From contig JANKJI020000002.1 of assembly GCA_024626585.2 (NCBI GenBank), positions 17,414,630 to 17,437,070 of the forward strand: a DNA stretch of 22,441 nucleotides. The letters run 5' to 3'. This document shows positions 10,641 to 21,699 of this stretch, piece by piece. Numbering within the stretch: the stretch's first letter is position 1; every line of letters starts with the position of its first letter. The notes beneath the pieces are model-generated. The model worked only from the letters and a program-made list of their open reading frames with translations, ran no database searches and was not told the DNA's origin. The stretch is from Ginkgo biloba. Its lineage: Eukaryota; Plantae; Ginkgophyta. Position numbers and translations under genes: made by a program.

Positions 10641-11527
10641 TAAGTGAACAATTAGATGGGTTTAATTCTCTTTAACAACTTGAACCCATGAGTTCAGTAT
10701 AACAATCAGAGAGAATAGAAGTATTAAAATTATTTTTAATGTAAGGGATGAAAGAGAAAGGATTATTGCTATAAGGAGTATTATAGGATTAGGGATTGGA
10801 GGTGGTTTTATTTGGAGAAGGATTTTATAGATTTATATTATATATAGTTTCTAGGTAAGTGACCAACCATTTAGAAATTATTACATTTGAAGGCTAGTCA
10901 TTCATATTCTACTTTGTATTCAAAATTCATACCATAAATAAATATCAACAATTTCTTAAGAAGATATAATTCCTATTCTATTCTTAGGAAAATTTTAACC
11001 ACTCTTTTTATCTTATAAGATAGGTTATTCTAGAAAGATTGAATAACTTTATAAGTTTGGTTACTTAGATATTTCATATTTATCTCACTGTAAATGTTTT
11101 CATGAAGAAATAGGAATGTAAAATACATTAATATTTTTATACTACCTTGGTTTTAGGTCTTAAATGGGAGATTCCAATCATGATTGGTCAAACTATTATT
11201 TTATAATATATAGGGGCCATTATATTGAATATATATTTTGTATAAAATAAGTTCAAATATGATATTAAATCACCCCATCCCTTTACACTTAAAAGATATT
11301 TTCCCTTTTTAATCTCCAAATAAATTCTTTATAGACCAAGACCCTAACTGGATATAATATGGCCACATATTTTAAAACCAAAAAATCAAAGTATTAGAAG
11401 CTAAGTCTAACTATTATAATTGAAACTNNNNNNNNNNNNNNNNNNNNNNNNNNNNNNNNNNNNNNNNNNNNNNNNNNNNNNNNNNNNNNNNNNNNNNNNN
11501 NNNNNNNNNNNNNNNNNNNNNNNNNNN

Positions 11528-12212
11528 AAAATGTCGAAGAGCTCACTTGTTGGACTTACAAATGTAGTGTTGAATCTCCCTTATGGTGATGTAACCACTT
11601 GGTAGTTGGAGGATTTTCACAAGTTATGTTAAAGCGTGATTGAAAATCCAAGGGGCTAATCTAATTTCTTGAACCTCTATATTATTTGTGCTCTAGAATA
11701 AAACTCTCTGGTCAAACTATATGGTATGTACAACTATTTCTCTCAATACTATGTAAGTGTGCGCATATCAATCTAACATCATGTAAGTGCACACTCTTTG
11801 GTTGTGCCAATCCATGATGCTATGTTTGTACGATGCACAAATATAGTGAAGTGAGCAAAAGCATGATAAAGCCTGTAACTCAGTCGCAACATGATTTTTT
11901 ATCTTAAAACTGTGTACCTTTTGCACGAAGCCCAAAAATGATATATACCTTTCTTATGAACCTATTAAATCACCTTGCAAGATATCCTATGTTATTCTAT
12001 ACATCCAATAAGATTTTCAATCGAAGATCTATGACCACCAAACTAGATTCCAAGATAAATCAAAGATAATAAACATTCGCACAAGATTTGGACAATAAAT
12101 CAAACTCTCTCTTTTCCCTTTTCCATATTCCAAAGAATTATAAGAAACAAGAATGAAAAGTATACATGTTGTGAAACCGTAAGGTCCTTTTATGAGAGGA
12201 GCCTTAGGTTAC
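11528..12212 (-). repeat. Possible LTR/UTR fragment in reverse orientation
   Basis: Non-coding, retains more CpG than its flanks, reverse TATA-like CTCATAAAAGG (~12186-12196). No termini are visible and it is bounded by gaps. Confidence 0.25.
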
Positions 12213-12549
12213 NNNNNNNNNNNNNNNNNNNNNNNNNNNNNNNAATTGACATGCAAGATCTTCTCAAGCTCTAAAAACCTCACATGTTTTTAGTTAATAA
12301 CTAGTTAAGGCTAGGTTAATAATAGTAACAAGCCTTTGCACATTATCCTAATTAAAAGATATAAAAATACTTTATTAGCACATGCTTAATAAAGTAAGAA
12401 AAGAGATATTATGAAGTTAAGAACAAAAAATCATAAGGTGAAAAACTCTCCATTGATTCCCTTTGATCATAGCCCCTTCNNNNNNNNNNGCTAGCCCCCA
12501 CTCTTGGTTAGGATGGCACATCAAATGTTCAGTTATTTTCTATCATTGT

Positions 12550-12849
12550 TCTCATTAAGAGGGGATCTTAAGTGATGTCAACACTACACTATGACCCCTA
12601 ACTAACATTAAAGGGAGATGTTAGAATATTTAATGTTGTTAGTGGTCACATTCATTATTAAGTCAAATTAGTCATATGATTAAGTTAAAATTAAAATGGT
12701 TACATGGTTGAAGAAAAATTAGAATATTGTAATATGTGAGTAAGTGTAATATATGTGTCAAATAGGAGTGTATTAGTTATAAAAATAAATTATATCAAGT
12801 ATACGCAAGAGTGTATGTTAGTCTATGGTACTATATATTTATCTGATTA
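12550..12849 (+). mobile_element. Second Ty1/Copia-like 3' end: PPT and LTR start (12619), running into a gap
   Basis: AACATTAAAGGGAGA|TGTTAGAATATTTAATGTT closely parallels AACATTAAGGGGGAG|TGTTGGAATAATTAATGTT at 7935-7968. An LRGDL-like pol tail lies upstream (~12556). Confidence 0.65.
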
Positions 12850-12989
12850 NNNNNNNNNNNNNNNNNNNNNNNNNNNNNNNNNNNNNNNNNNNNNNNNNNN
12901 NNNNNNNNNNNNNNNNNNNNNNNNNNNNNNNNNNNNNNNNNNNNNNNNNTCTACAATTAAAATTTAAGAGAAACTTCAAGAAAGTATAA

Positions 12990-14118
12990 ATGGAGCCAAA
13001 ATTTTCAAAAGACACTTTGGTGGTTCAAATCATGGACACCTTAGATGTATGCAACATTAATTTTAGAGTCATATTTGATGATTTACTTCATATGAGATTC
13101 TAGAAGAGGGAAGATAATATATTCTATAGATTCGACTTAATCTAAGATGCAACCCTACATGAACTAATGTGATTCATAGAATTGGTGGAGTGGTATGCTC
13201 GAAGATTCGACCCTATGAGAAGAGCTATAGTTTTAACCATGGATCAAGTATTATGCACTCTAACCTTATAGATGTTTAACCAACATCATGCTATATTTGA
13301 ATTCAATGTAAATAAAAGGTGTATTGAAATAAGGACTATTAAGCCTAAGGATTCACGATCCAAAACTATAATTAGTGCAAATGATTTTCCTTTTTAGGAA
13401 GATGAGTTTGACATTGATAAATTGTCTGCTCAAGAAATATTAAAATTTTATGATACTTCATTTGAATCTCTTATAATAAAAGTAAATGAATTAACTTAGT
13501 TAATTGTTAGGCTACAAGGTAGAAATTCCTCACTTAGAGGAAATGTTGAAGACGTTTGAGTTAGCCTTAGCTCCTCTAATTGTAATATAATCACTCCTAT
13601 TGTATCACCAAATGATAGTTGATTGTACAGGTAGCTCCATTCTAAAAATATATATTAATTAAGGTCATCATTGATATTAATTAACAGGTCGCAGAGAATA
13701 TGGAAGAAGTTTCCCTTCAACTATGGGACCTTATTCATGAAACATTAATCATCACTGGCAAGATCTCATCTCATACAAAATTTTATTCCTAGGTTGTGGC
13801 TGACATGGAGTCCTATTTTACAAAAGAGTTTATTGAGTTAAAGGGTCATCTAGCCTAAGAGTCTAGTGAGTTGTTCCCTATCTTAGAAGAGATCTTAGAA
13901 CATGAGACATGTTTTCTTCTTAGAAGAGATTCAACATAAGAAGGTATTAAATAGTTGGCAAGATTAAAGAACAAAGTCGATGAAATGCTATCTTCATTGG
14001 AGTAATGGATAGTAGAAAATCAATTTCTATCCCCATGGAAGGACAAACATTTGGTTCCAAAGGATATCTATTCACAATCCACTAGTTTAGATAAAGATAA
14101 ATCTCTTAACTTACTATA
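12990..14118 (+). pseudogene. Decayed ORF of ~375 codons, probably a retrotransposon accessory (extra) ORF
   Basis: From ATG 12990 one frame runs ~210 codons: MEPKFSKDTLVVQIMDTLDVCNINF...ELM*FIELVEWYARRFDPMRRAIVLTMDQVLCTLTL*MFNQ...IDKLSAQEILKFYDTSFESLIIKVNELT*LIVRLQGRNSSLRG, then a shifted frame continues from ~13685. Seven of the 8 stops up to 13622 are TAG/TGA, as expected from CAG/CGA deamination. Confidence 0.6.
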
Positions 14119-14272
14119 ATATGGGGAAAGATTAATTTTTTCCATACTAGGGTCCTCTCTACTGGAAAAATCTCATTTGAATCAAGAAATGGATTCATTG
14201 ATCAGTTCAAAATCTATAGAAATTAAAAATATAGAAAAGGGAATTTTTAGCTTTAATTTTAAGCTAAAATTA

Positions 14273-14351
14273 AATTAAATTTAGGAGAAACTTCAAGAAT
14301 AAAGATAGATGGAGGTTAAGTAAATTTTAAAATTAAATTTTAAGAGAAACT
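14273..14351 (+). repeat. ~58-bp tandem motif (1.4 copies visible), with another copy at 12955-12995
   Basis: AATTAAATTTAGGAGAAACTTCAAGAATAAAGATAGATGGAG (14273-14314), AATTAAATTTTAAGAGAAACT (14331-14351) and AATTAAAATTTAAGAGAAACTTCAAGAAAGTATAAATGGAG (12955-12995). Confidence 0.85.
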
Positions 14352-15089
14352 NNNNNNNNNNNNNNNNNNNNNNNNNNNNNNNNNNNNNNNNNNNNNNNNN
14401 NNNNNNNNNNNNNNNNNNNNNNNNNNNNNNNNNNNNNNNNNNNNNNNNNNNAAAATATTAAGACTTCATTATTTATTTGATCTATAACTTTACTATCTCC
14501 CTCTAAAAATAATATTCTTTCTAATCATGCATGGAAAATCCTCAAGGGAGGGATAAAACTCATAGCACATGAGGTATAACCTGCCTTACAATTTGGATGA
14601 TATCCTTAAAACACAATCTATGATGTTATATGTAGGGTGGCACTCCATGTTCAAGTTTTAATAGTGACCTACTAATTTCATGGCCACCATTGTAACTACT
14701 CTATTTATCCTTGACAAGACTGCTTCTTTTTCTCCTTCATGCCTTCTTACTTTGGATTTTGTAGAACCTTATCATGCATTCTTAAGGATGTAATAGTGTA
14801 TTCAAAACAACATGGTATAACTCCATAAGTGATACATTTAGACCTTGTTAAATTTTGACTTGACAATTATACTCCTTATGTGTTTGGGCTTTTGATAGCT
14901 TTGGGGTTTTTTAGAAAGGATGTCTTAATTTATTGCCTTGATTTTTTCCCAATCCCCAAACACCTGATATTATTTCTCCCTTTATGAATGATCATATCTT
15001 AGAATTTGTGCCACTACCTTATGCTATGTGTCATGTCATAATTATATCATAATTAAAGGATTTTATCTCCAAATTTATCATTAATATAA

Positions 15090-15681
15090 TCACATGATGC
15101 ACTTGATGTAAGAAATCTTTCTTTTCATATATCAATTTTTTCTCTCATATCAAAATCTCTAGTAGAAGGTCTACTAGATGATAATGATAATATAATTGTT
15201 TAAGGGAATTGAATATTTGAGTTACATGCAAAAAAATCATCATTAAGAGGTGGAATAACTCTATAATATATATAAAGTAAATATATGATTTATGGTTCCT
15301 CCAATTATAATGTAATAATATACAGGTCAATTAATTAAATATTTTAGAATAGATAATATGGACATGGAACATATATAATGGAAAAAAATTACCACATTAT
15401 CAAAAGGTATTGAACCATTTAATTCCATATGTTTTACCATTTGATGCTATAAATTTGGTGTATGGATGTGTTATTTTGGCATCAAACCATTACTTACTAC
15501 CCAAAATAGGAGGCGACAAACAATGAGTACTCATTCTTATATGATGATTCAATTGATGAAGAATTCAAATTTGACATTGTTAGCTATTATAATACATACT
15601 CATAATAATATCAATAATAGATGTAAGGATAATATTATAGTGTGTTCAATAAGAAATTAATTAGTAGAACCTTATAATATT
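15090..15681 (-). pseudogene. Mutator-like (MULE) transposase C-terminal remnant with SWIM zinc finger
   Basis: Minus strand, in the expected order: LTSIIDII (~15600-15630), NGKTYGIKWFNTF**CGNF..VPCP(Y) (CG 15391-15396, VPC 15362-15370; cf. CxCGxF...PCxH), YYRVIPPLND, SRPSTR (15158-15175, cf. GRPxxxR), KCIM* (15090-15104, possible CxxC). Confidence 0.55.
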
Positions 15682-17050
15682 NNNNNNNNNNNNNNNNNNN
15701 NNNNNNNNNNNNNNNNNNNNNNNNNNNNNNNNNNNNNNNNNNNNNNNNNNNNNNNNNNNNNNNNNNNNNNNNNNNNNNNNNTGATTGCATATTTTTCTAA
15801 CCCATTGGTAATTATTTTTTTAATTGCGATTCCTTAGATTTTAGTTGAAATAGACTTGTTTGGATTTGAGTTTGATTAGCTTATTATTCAACTATTTTGT
15901 TTCCTTTAGAAAGTTGGTTATATTTTTCCTCATTGTAGGTATGATTTTAACCTTTTTGTTTCTTAAAAAAATTATAAATTTTTTCCTCAATTGTATACTC
16001 ATTTTCTATGTTCCATGATTTAATGGTTTGCCTCAACTTGACTTAGTTACATGGTTTCTATTTTACCTTAATTTATTCTCTTAGTTTTCATCCATATCCT
16101 ATATATTGGGATTTACCCATATCCTCTAAATATGATAATCCCATATGACAAGGATCTAATTGGAGACCACATATATCCAAGTGTGATAAGCCTATATGAT
16201 GGGATTTAACCTTCTATAAATTTATGATCTAATTGAGTTAATAAGGTGGAAAATGATTAATCCAAGACATGGAATTTTTAAAAAGAAAAGAGTATTCACA
16301 ATTAGATAAAAATGAGAGGTTTAATATATGAATTCATTCTCATTCAAATCTAATCTAAATCCTTTCCCAATTCATAAAAATATGCAAATGGTTGAATAAG
16401 ATACATATGTAAAACATGCAAAATCATCATTATTTTAATAGATATAACTAGAAGAAGGATTATCCTTATTCCTCTTGGCCTAATCATACCCCTTAAAGAA
16501 AACCAATATTTTAGAATAAANNNNNNNNNNTGATGATACTCTACATATAACCTAGTTTTGGGATTATTCCTCATTTTAAGAATAGTTGCATTAAAATTAT
16601 AGATGGCTTATTTAGACTACAAATTGATTTGTAGGAAATTAGATACAATAATGAATTTGACCATAGTCATCATAAACCATAAAGATATTTTTCTGAATCT
16701 AAAGAACCATTGTGAAAAAATATAGGACATTTAGTTATAAGTTTTTATCACATGAATAATCTAGAACATGTCAAATACTTTGACTCTATTTCCCAAAGAC
16801 TCCCATCATAGAGTTAATTTCCCAGGATTATCTCACATAGGGAATCTTGATACACAGAGATTGATTCAACTAAAAAAAAAAAAAANNNNNNNNNNNNNNN
16901 NNNNNNNNNNNNNNNNNNNNNNNNNNNNNNNNNNNNNNNNNNNNNNNNNNNNNNNNNNNNNNNNNNNNNNNNNNNNNNNNNNNNNACATGGCAGGACCTC
17001 ATGAATTAGGAGTCTGTGGGACTTTTCAACTCTCCATAGAATGTCAATAG

Positions 17051-17478
17051 ATACCACAAGGAGAAAAGGCTTGGAATCATGCCACATGTCAAATTTTCAT
17101 TCAATTTGGGATCTGAGACCATTACATAAACTCAATAAAGTGTTGAATCCCTATGGGTTTTAGAAGTTCATGATCAGGCCATGTGTCACCCTCTAGGATT
17201 CGTTTGCACCTATGGCCATTTTTCCAAGTCTTATCAACATTTTAAAACTTTGAAAACATCACGAGGGATGGGACCTCGCGATGATGACGCATGGCATCAT
17301 CTCACAAAATGTATGAATTATGAGTTCTTTTCTTTTCCTTAATGAATACCTTGACTATCCCTATTGGAAGGAGACCCAAAGAGATGTCACCTATCATCAT
17401 CTCATGGAGAAAGACTCTCAAACTTGGGTTTGCCTCAATGCCACAAGGAGAAAAGGCTTGAAACCATGCCATGTGTCA
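17051..17478. repeat. 41-bp direct repeat pair, 387 bp apart
   Basis: ATACCACAAGGAGAAAAGGCTTGGAATCATGCCACATGTCA (17051-17091) vs ATGCCACAAGGAGAAAAGGCTTGAAACCATGCCATGTGTCA (17438-17478): 5 mismatches, all transitions. Confidence 0.9.
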
Positions 17479-19072
17479 CTCCCTCGTATTTTGCATATAA
17501 AAAACTCAACAAAAATCCTTAAGAGCATTTTTTATGAATTTCAATGGGATTAGAAAGAAGCAACAAGTAATTATGTAATGTAACTTGGTGAATCACAGAT
17601 TTATATTTTCACAAAATTAAGAGTTCATGCATATTTAATAAGAAATTTTATGAGCATTATTAAGCTATAGTATTAGGTGACCTTGATAGAGTATGCGAAT
17701 GTGAACTCTGGGTTACTTTGTGGGTATGACCTTGATCGAGAAATACCTTCTCATACTCTAAAATTGATAAATTTTACAAAGCATGCCTCATGGTATTCAA
17801 AACGTAAATTGATACTAGCAAATGTGTAGGCATATTTAACATTAAGGAAGAGGGTCCTCAATTTTCATTCAAAAAATTAGGGCATGTGTGTTAGCATACA
17901 CAACAAATGGTGATCCTACAAGGATAATATGCCTGAGTATTAAGAACCCAAAATTTTTGGCTCACTGATTTTTTCAGAAAGGAATATTCAAATCTGAAGC
18001 CAAGTACATATTCATGGGAACAAACTAAAATTCAACCTTGGTTTTATCTAATGGCATACTAAGCTTAATAAACTTATAGGAATCAAGGTGTTCTATGGTT
18101 TTAGTGTTTACAATCTTCTTTAGAGAATNNNNNNNNNNNNNNNNNNNNNNNNNNNNNNNNNNNNNNNNNNNNNNNNNNNNNNNNNNNNNNNNNNNNNNNN
18201 NNNNNNNNNNNNNNNNNNNNNNNNNNNNTTCTCTCCCATATGTGAATTCATTGTTCATTAGACGACTTTTATTATGGTGTTGACCATTCGTCAAATGATA
18301 TTTAATTATTGTAGATCATTTTTCCTTTATCCATTCCTCAACTCATTCATTGATCATCGACAAATAACCTAATCCATTCATTATCCTTTTATCCATATCA
18401 ATCCATTTCTCATTCATCGAGTGAAACTTACCTTACTTACTAACTTGTTTTTCAAGTTCTTTACATTGTTTGTCTATTCTCTTTATCCCATTCATCAAGA
18501 TTATTTAGGCCATTTATTAAAATTTAACCACTGACACATAAAATTACAAACACTTCAATTCTATAAAACTATATTTGTGATGCTCCTACATCACCAAGCA
18601 TGAAGGATATGAAAACTAGGATTTATATTAGAAAAAAATAGTTCATTGAAAGTAGAATGTAACATGATAGATATGGATGAACCATAATCAACTATACATC
18701 ACCATATTTTATAATGGCTAAATTGAACCATAATCTTGAAAGGATTATAAATTATAGTCTTCTTGGTAAGATAAGATGGGTCAAACATAATAATATTATC
18801 TAAAGGGTTTTGGTTATTCCTAAATATTTTAAAAGATGGGCTCTTAAGCTAGGAGCTCATTACAAAAGCTCCAACATAGGAATGTCAGAGGGATTTTGAT
18901 ACAACTCTTTATTTATGTCAAAATTAGGTCATAAATATGCTTAAGGGCTTAGTGGTTAATAAGATGATCTAGGAATTCTTAAAGGTGCACCAAATTAGTT
19001 CATGGTGGATTTTGATATATTTTCCTTTGAAATAGGTTGGTTTGAATTTAGATTAGCTTGAGCTTAAGATAA

Positions 19073-19923
19073 TGTAGTAACCATATTCCCATCATAAATA
19101 TTAACATGCATGATATTATTATAATATGATGGATTAGGACAAGGGGACATATTATAACAAGAAGATAATTGATGGTCAATAAAACCCTAAAAATGGCCAA
19201 ACAAATTGGTTTAAAACTTTGAGGAATTATAGCTAGAAATAGGAAAAAATAAGTAGGAAAAAGGGAGCCCCTGAATAAGGAATAATTTAGAGAAAATATG
19301 AGAGATACATGAGCAAAAAATAAAAATAAAAAACACTATGAATAAATATAAAAANNNNNNNNNNNAGGAAAGAAAAGGGGAACAAATATTGTTTGGAAAA
19401 AGTTAAAAATAAAATAAAATAAAAACATTGAAATAAAATAAATAAAAAATAATAGATAATAAAAAAAACTATAATAAGCCAAAAATAAGAAAAAACATAA
19501 AATTATGAAATAGTATATGATGTAGTAAAAGGCTAAGAACCATTAGCGAATATGTTAGGTTATGATAAGATTGCAAATGGGTGCCAAAAGTATAAAATGG
19601 TAAGAAGATGATAGTGGAATAGGATACCAAATGACTAGGTTGATAATATAAAATTGGATAAAAACCAACAAGGTTTCCTATTATGTTTGTGGAATTAAAC
19701 AACCTTACGAAAAATCATATTTTGGGAAGGAAAATATCATACCACAAACATGCATTAAAGGTAGAATAATGAAAGTATACATAAAATAAGAATGACTTTT
19801 CATGTGTTATACATGTTCTTCATGCACAAGGATTACAAAATAGAAGGACGTAGGTGAGAAATTAGGAAAATTAGAAGAGAGGAACTAAGATAATATTATA
19901 CTTAGGGACTTAGGGTTATTACA
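19073..19923 (-). repeat. 3' LTR of the chromovirus (~850 bp; distal boundary tentative)
   Basis: Starts TGTAATAACCC on minus at 19923, just after the PPT. Best matching inverted terminus is TGTAGTAACCA on plus at 19073-19083 (9/11). Confidence 0.6.
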
Positions 19924-19937
19924 AGTCCCCCCCTCCT
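19924..19937 (-). promoter_or_regulatory. Polypurine tract (plus-strand primer site)
   Basis: Minus strand AGGAGGGGGGG-ACT immediately before the LTR TGT and directly after the chromodomain. Confidence 0.9.
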
Positions 19938-21651
19938 GAAAAGCTTTTCCCTCAAAGATGTAAGAAGTTTGGATACTATTGGAATATCTGCTCTCCTTCC
20001 CATGTGGCATCTTCAAGTGGCAACCGCTTCCATTTGATAAGGTATTCTATGATTTGTTTGTTGCGGAGTTGTTTGGTTCACTCATCGAGGATTGCTTATG
20101 GGTCCAATTGAAACTGCCTCTTCTCATCCAATTCTGGTAACTCTGTTTGAATTGAAACATTCTGACTCATTACCCTTTAAGACTTGACACATGGAAGACA
20201 TTATGTATGCATGAAGAGGTGGGTAACTATAAGGCATATGCAACCTCCCCAATTTATTTGATAATTTTATAAGGTCCATAAAACCATGGTGTTGATTTAT
20301 TCTTTCCCTGTTGTTTGAGAGATTCTTATTTATATGGTTATAGTCTTAAGTACATACAATCCCCTACTTCAAAATCTCATTCACTCCTATTATGGTAAGG
20401 CTACTACTTCATCTTATTTTGAGCCATCTAGAGATTATCTTTGATCCCCTTAAGAACTTTGTATGTCTATTAGACATGGTTGATGATTTTATGTACCTTT
20501 AAAATATCTTGGAAATAGTTATTACTGTTAGGAGGAGGTTATCCATATAATTCTTCAAAGGGTATCATATTAGTAGTTGTATGATAAGTGGTATTGTACC
20601 ACCATTCTAATAAGTGAGGTCACTCAGACCATTTCCCCTATTTATCATCTATATAGCTTTGTAAGTACCCCTCTAAGCACTTTTTGACTATTTCTATTTT
20701 CCCATGTATTTGAGGATGGTAGTCGGAGCTCATGGTTAATATAGTGCCCAAAATTTTAACAAATCTATCCAAATTTTATTGATAAATTTTTAGTCCCTAT
20801 CACTTATAATGACCTTAGGATATCCATGAAGCCACTAGATTTATTTTATGAACACTTATGTAATATATTTATCCTTGAATTTAGATTTTTCTCCACAAAA
20901 ATGTGCATACTTATTGATTCTATCAATTATTACCATAATTTCATCCTTCCCTTCTACCTTGGGTAGAATAGTAATAAAGTTCATTGATATTTACTTCCAC
21001 CATTAATTTGGAATGGGTATGGGTTATAGTAATCCAAGAATTGTGGTGGTCTCTCCTTTGCATATTTAGAAAGTCTCACATTTGGCCATATCTTTTTTAA
21101 TGTCCCTTTTCATTCCCTTCCAATAGAAGGATTGCTTGCCCCTTTGATAAGTTTTAAGGAACCTTGAATGTCACGTTGTATGAACATAATGTGCTTCTTG
21201 GAGTACCATATCCTTGAATTTGGAAGTGGGGCTCAGTTAAATTCTGTTCTTGTACCATAAGATGTTGCCCTTCCAATAGAATGGAGTGGAGTCCGCTTCT
21301 CCTTGCTATATCGTTTGTACGAGTGTTTGTATGTCAGAGTTCTATTCCCACTCTCTTCTTGCATCATTAATCCATGCCAGAATGAACATGGATGGGGCAT
21401 TAAGGGATTATTCTTCCTCCTTTCTAGACAAGGCATCAACAACTACATTTTCCTTAGCCCTTTTGTGAATTATCTCAAAGTTAAAACCCTGTATCTTGGA
21501 GATCCATTTTTATTGTTCCTCAGAGGAAGCCCTTTGATCTAAGAAGTATTAGAGACTTTCATGATCTATCTTAAACTTGAAATGGGTTCCCATTAGGTAT
21601 TGGTGACACTTCCTAAGTGCATGAAGTATTACCAACATTTATTTTTTATAA
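19938..21651 (-). pseudogene. pol: pol remnant: RNase H C-terminus, integrase, chromodomain
   Basis: RNase H: YKK*MLVILHALRKCHQYLMGTHFKFKIDHESL*YFL, KENVVVDALSRK. Integrase: HSRFLKTYQRGKQSFYWKGMKRDI, GLL*PIPIPN*WWK*ISMNFITILP, PKVIISDRD, SSDYHPQIHG, FEVGDCMYLRL*PYK, FYGPYKII (YGPY 20269-20280), IHNVFHVSSLK. Chromodomain: EYLIKWKRLPLEDATWE (19997-20047). Confidence 0.97.
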
Positions 21652-21699
21652 TGAGGAGTCACTCACTCTCTTCATCATTATTAGTTTTTATTACAATAA

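Noticed and set aside
15158-15178. Perfect 9-bp inverted repeat TCTAGTAGA-AGG-TCTACTAGA
   Set aside because: Isolated, inside the putative MULE coding remnant, and CTAG-rich words are enriched by deamination; plausible by chance.
16140-16800. Faint Gypsy RT/RNase H-like words on + (DHIYP, KKK, VG...DHS, DSIS)
   Set aside because: Too degenerate and too compressed to distinguish from chance without an HMM search.
16872-16885. Poly-A run as a retroposon tail
   Set aside because: It is cut by a gap, with no TSD or recognisable upstream element.
18300-18500. CATT/TCCATT-rich stretch
   Set aside because: Low-complexity with no stable period.
19240-19510. A-rich (AAAAT)n-like tract
   Set aside because: Low-complexity sequence inside the putative LTR.
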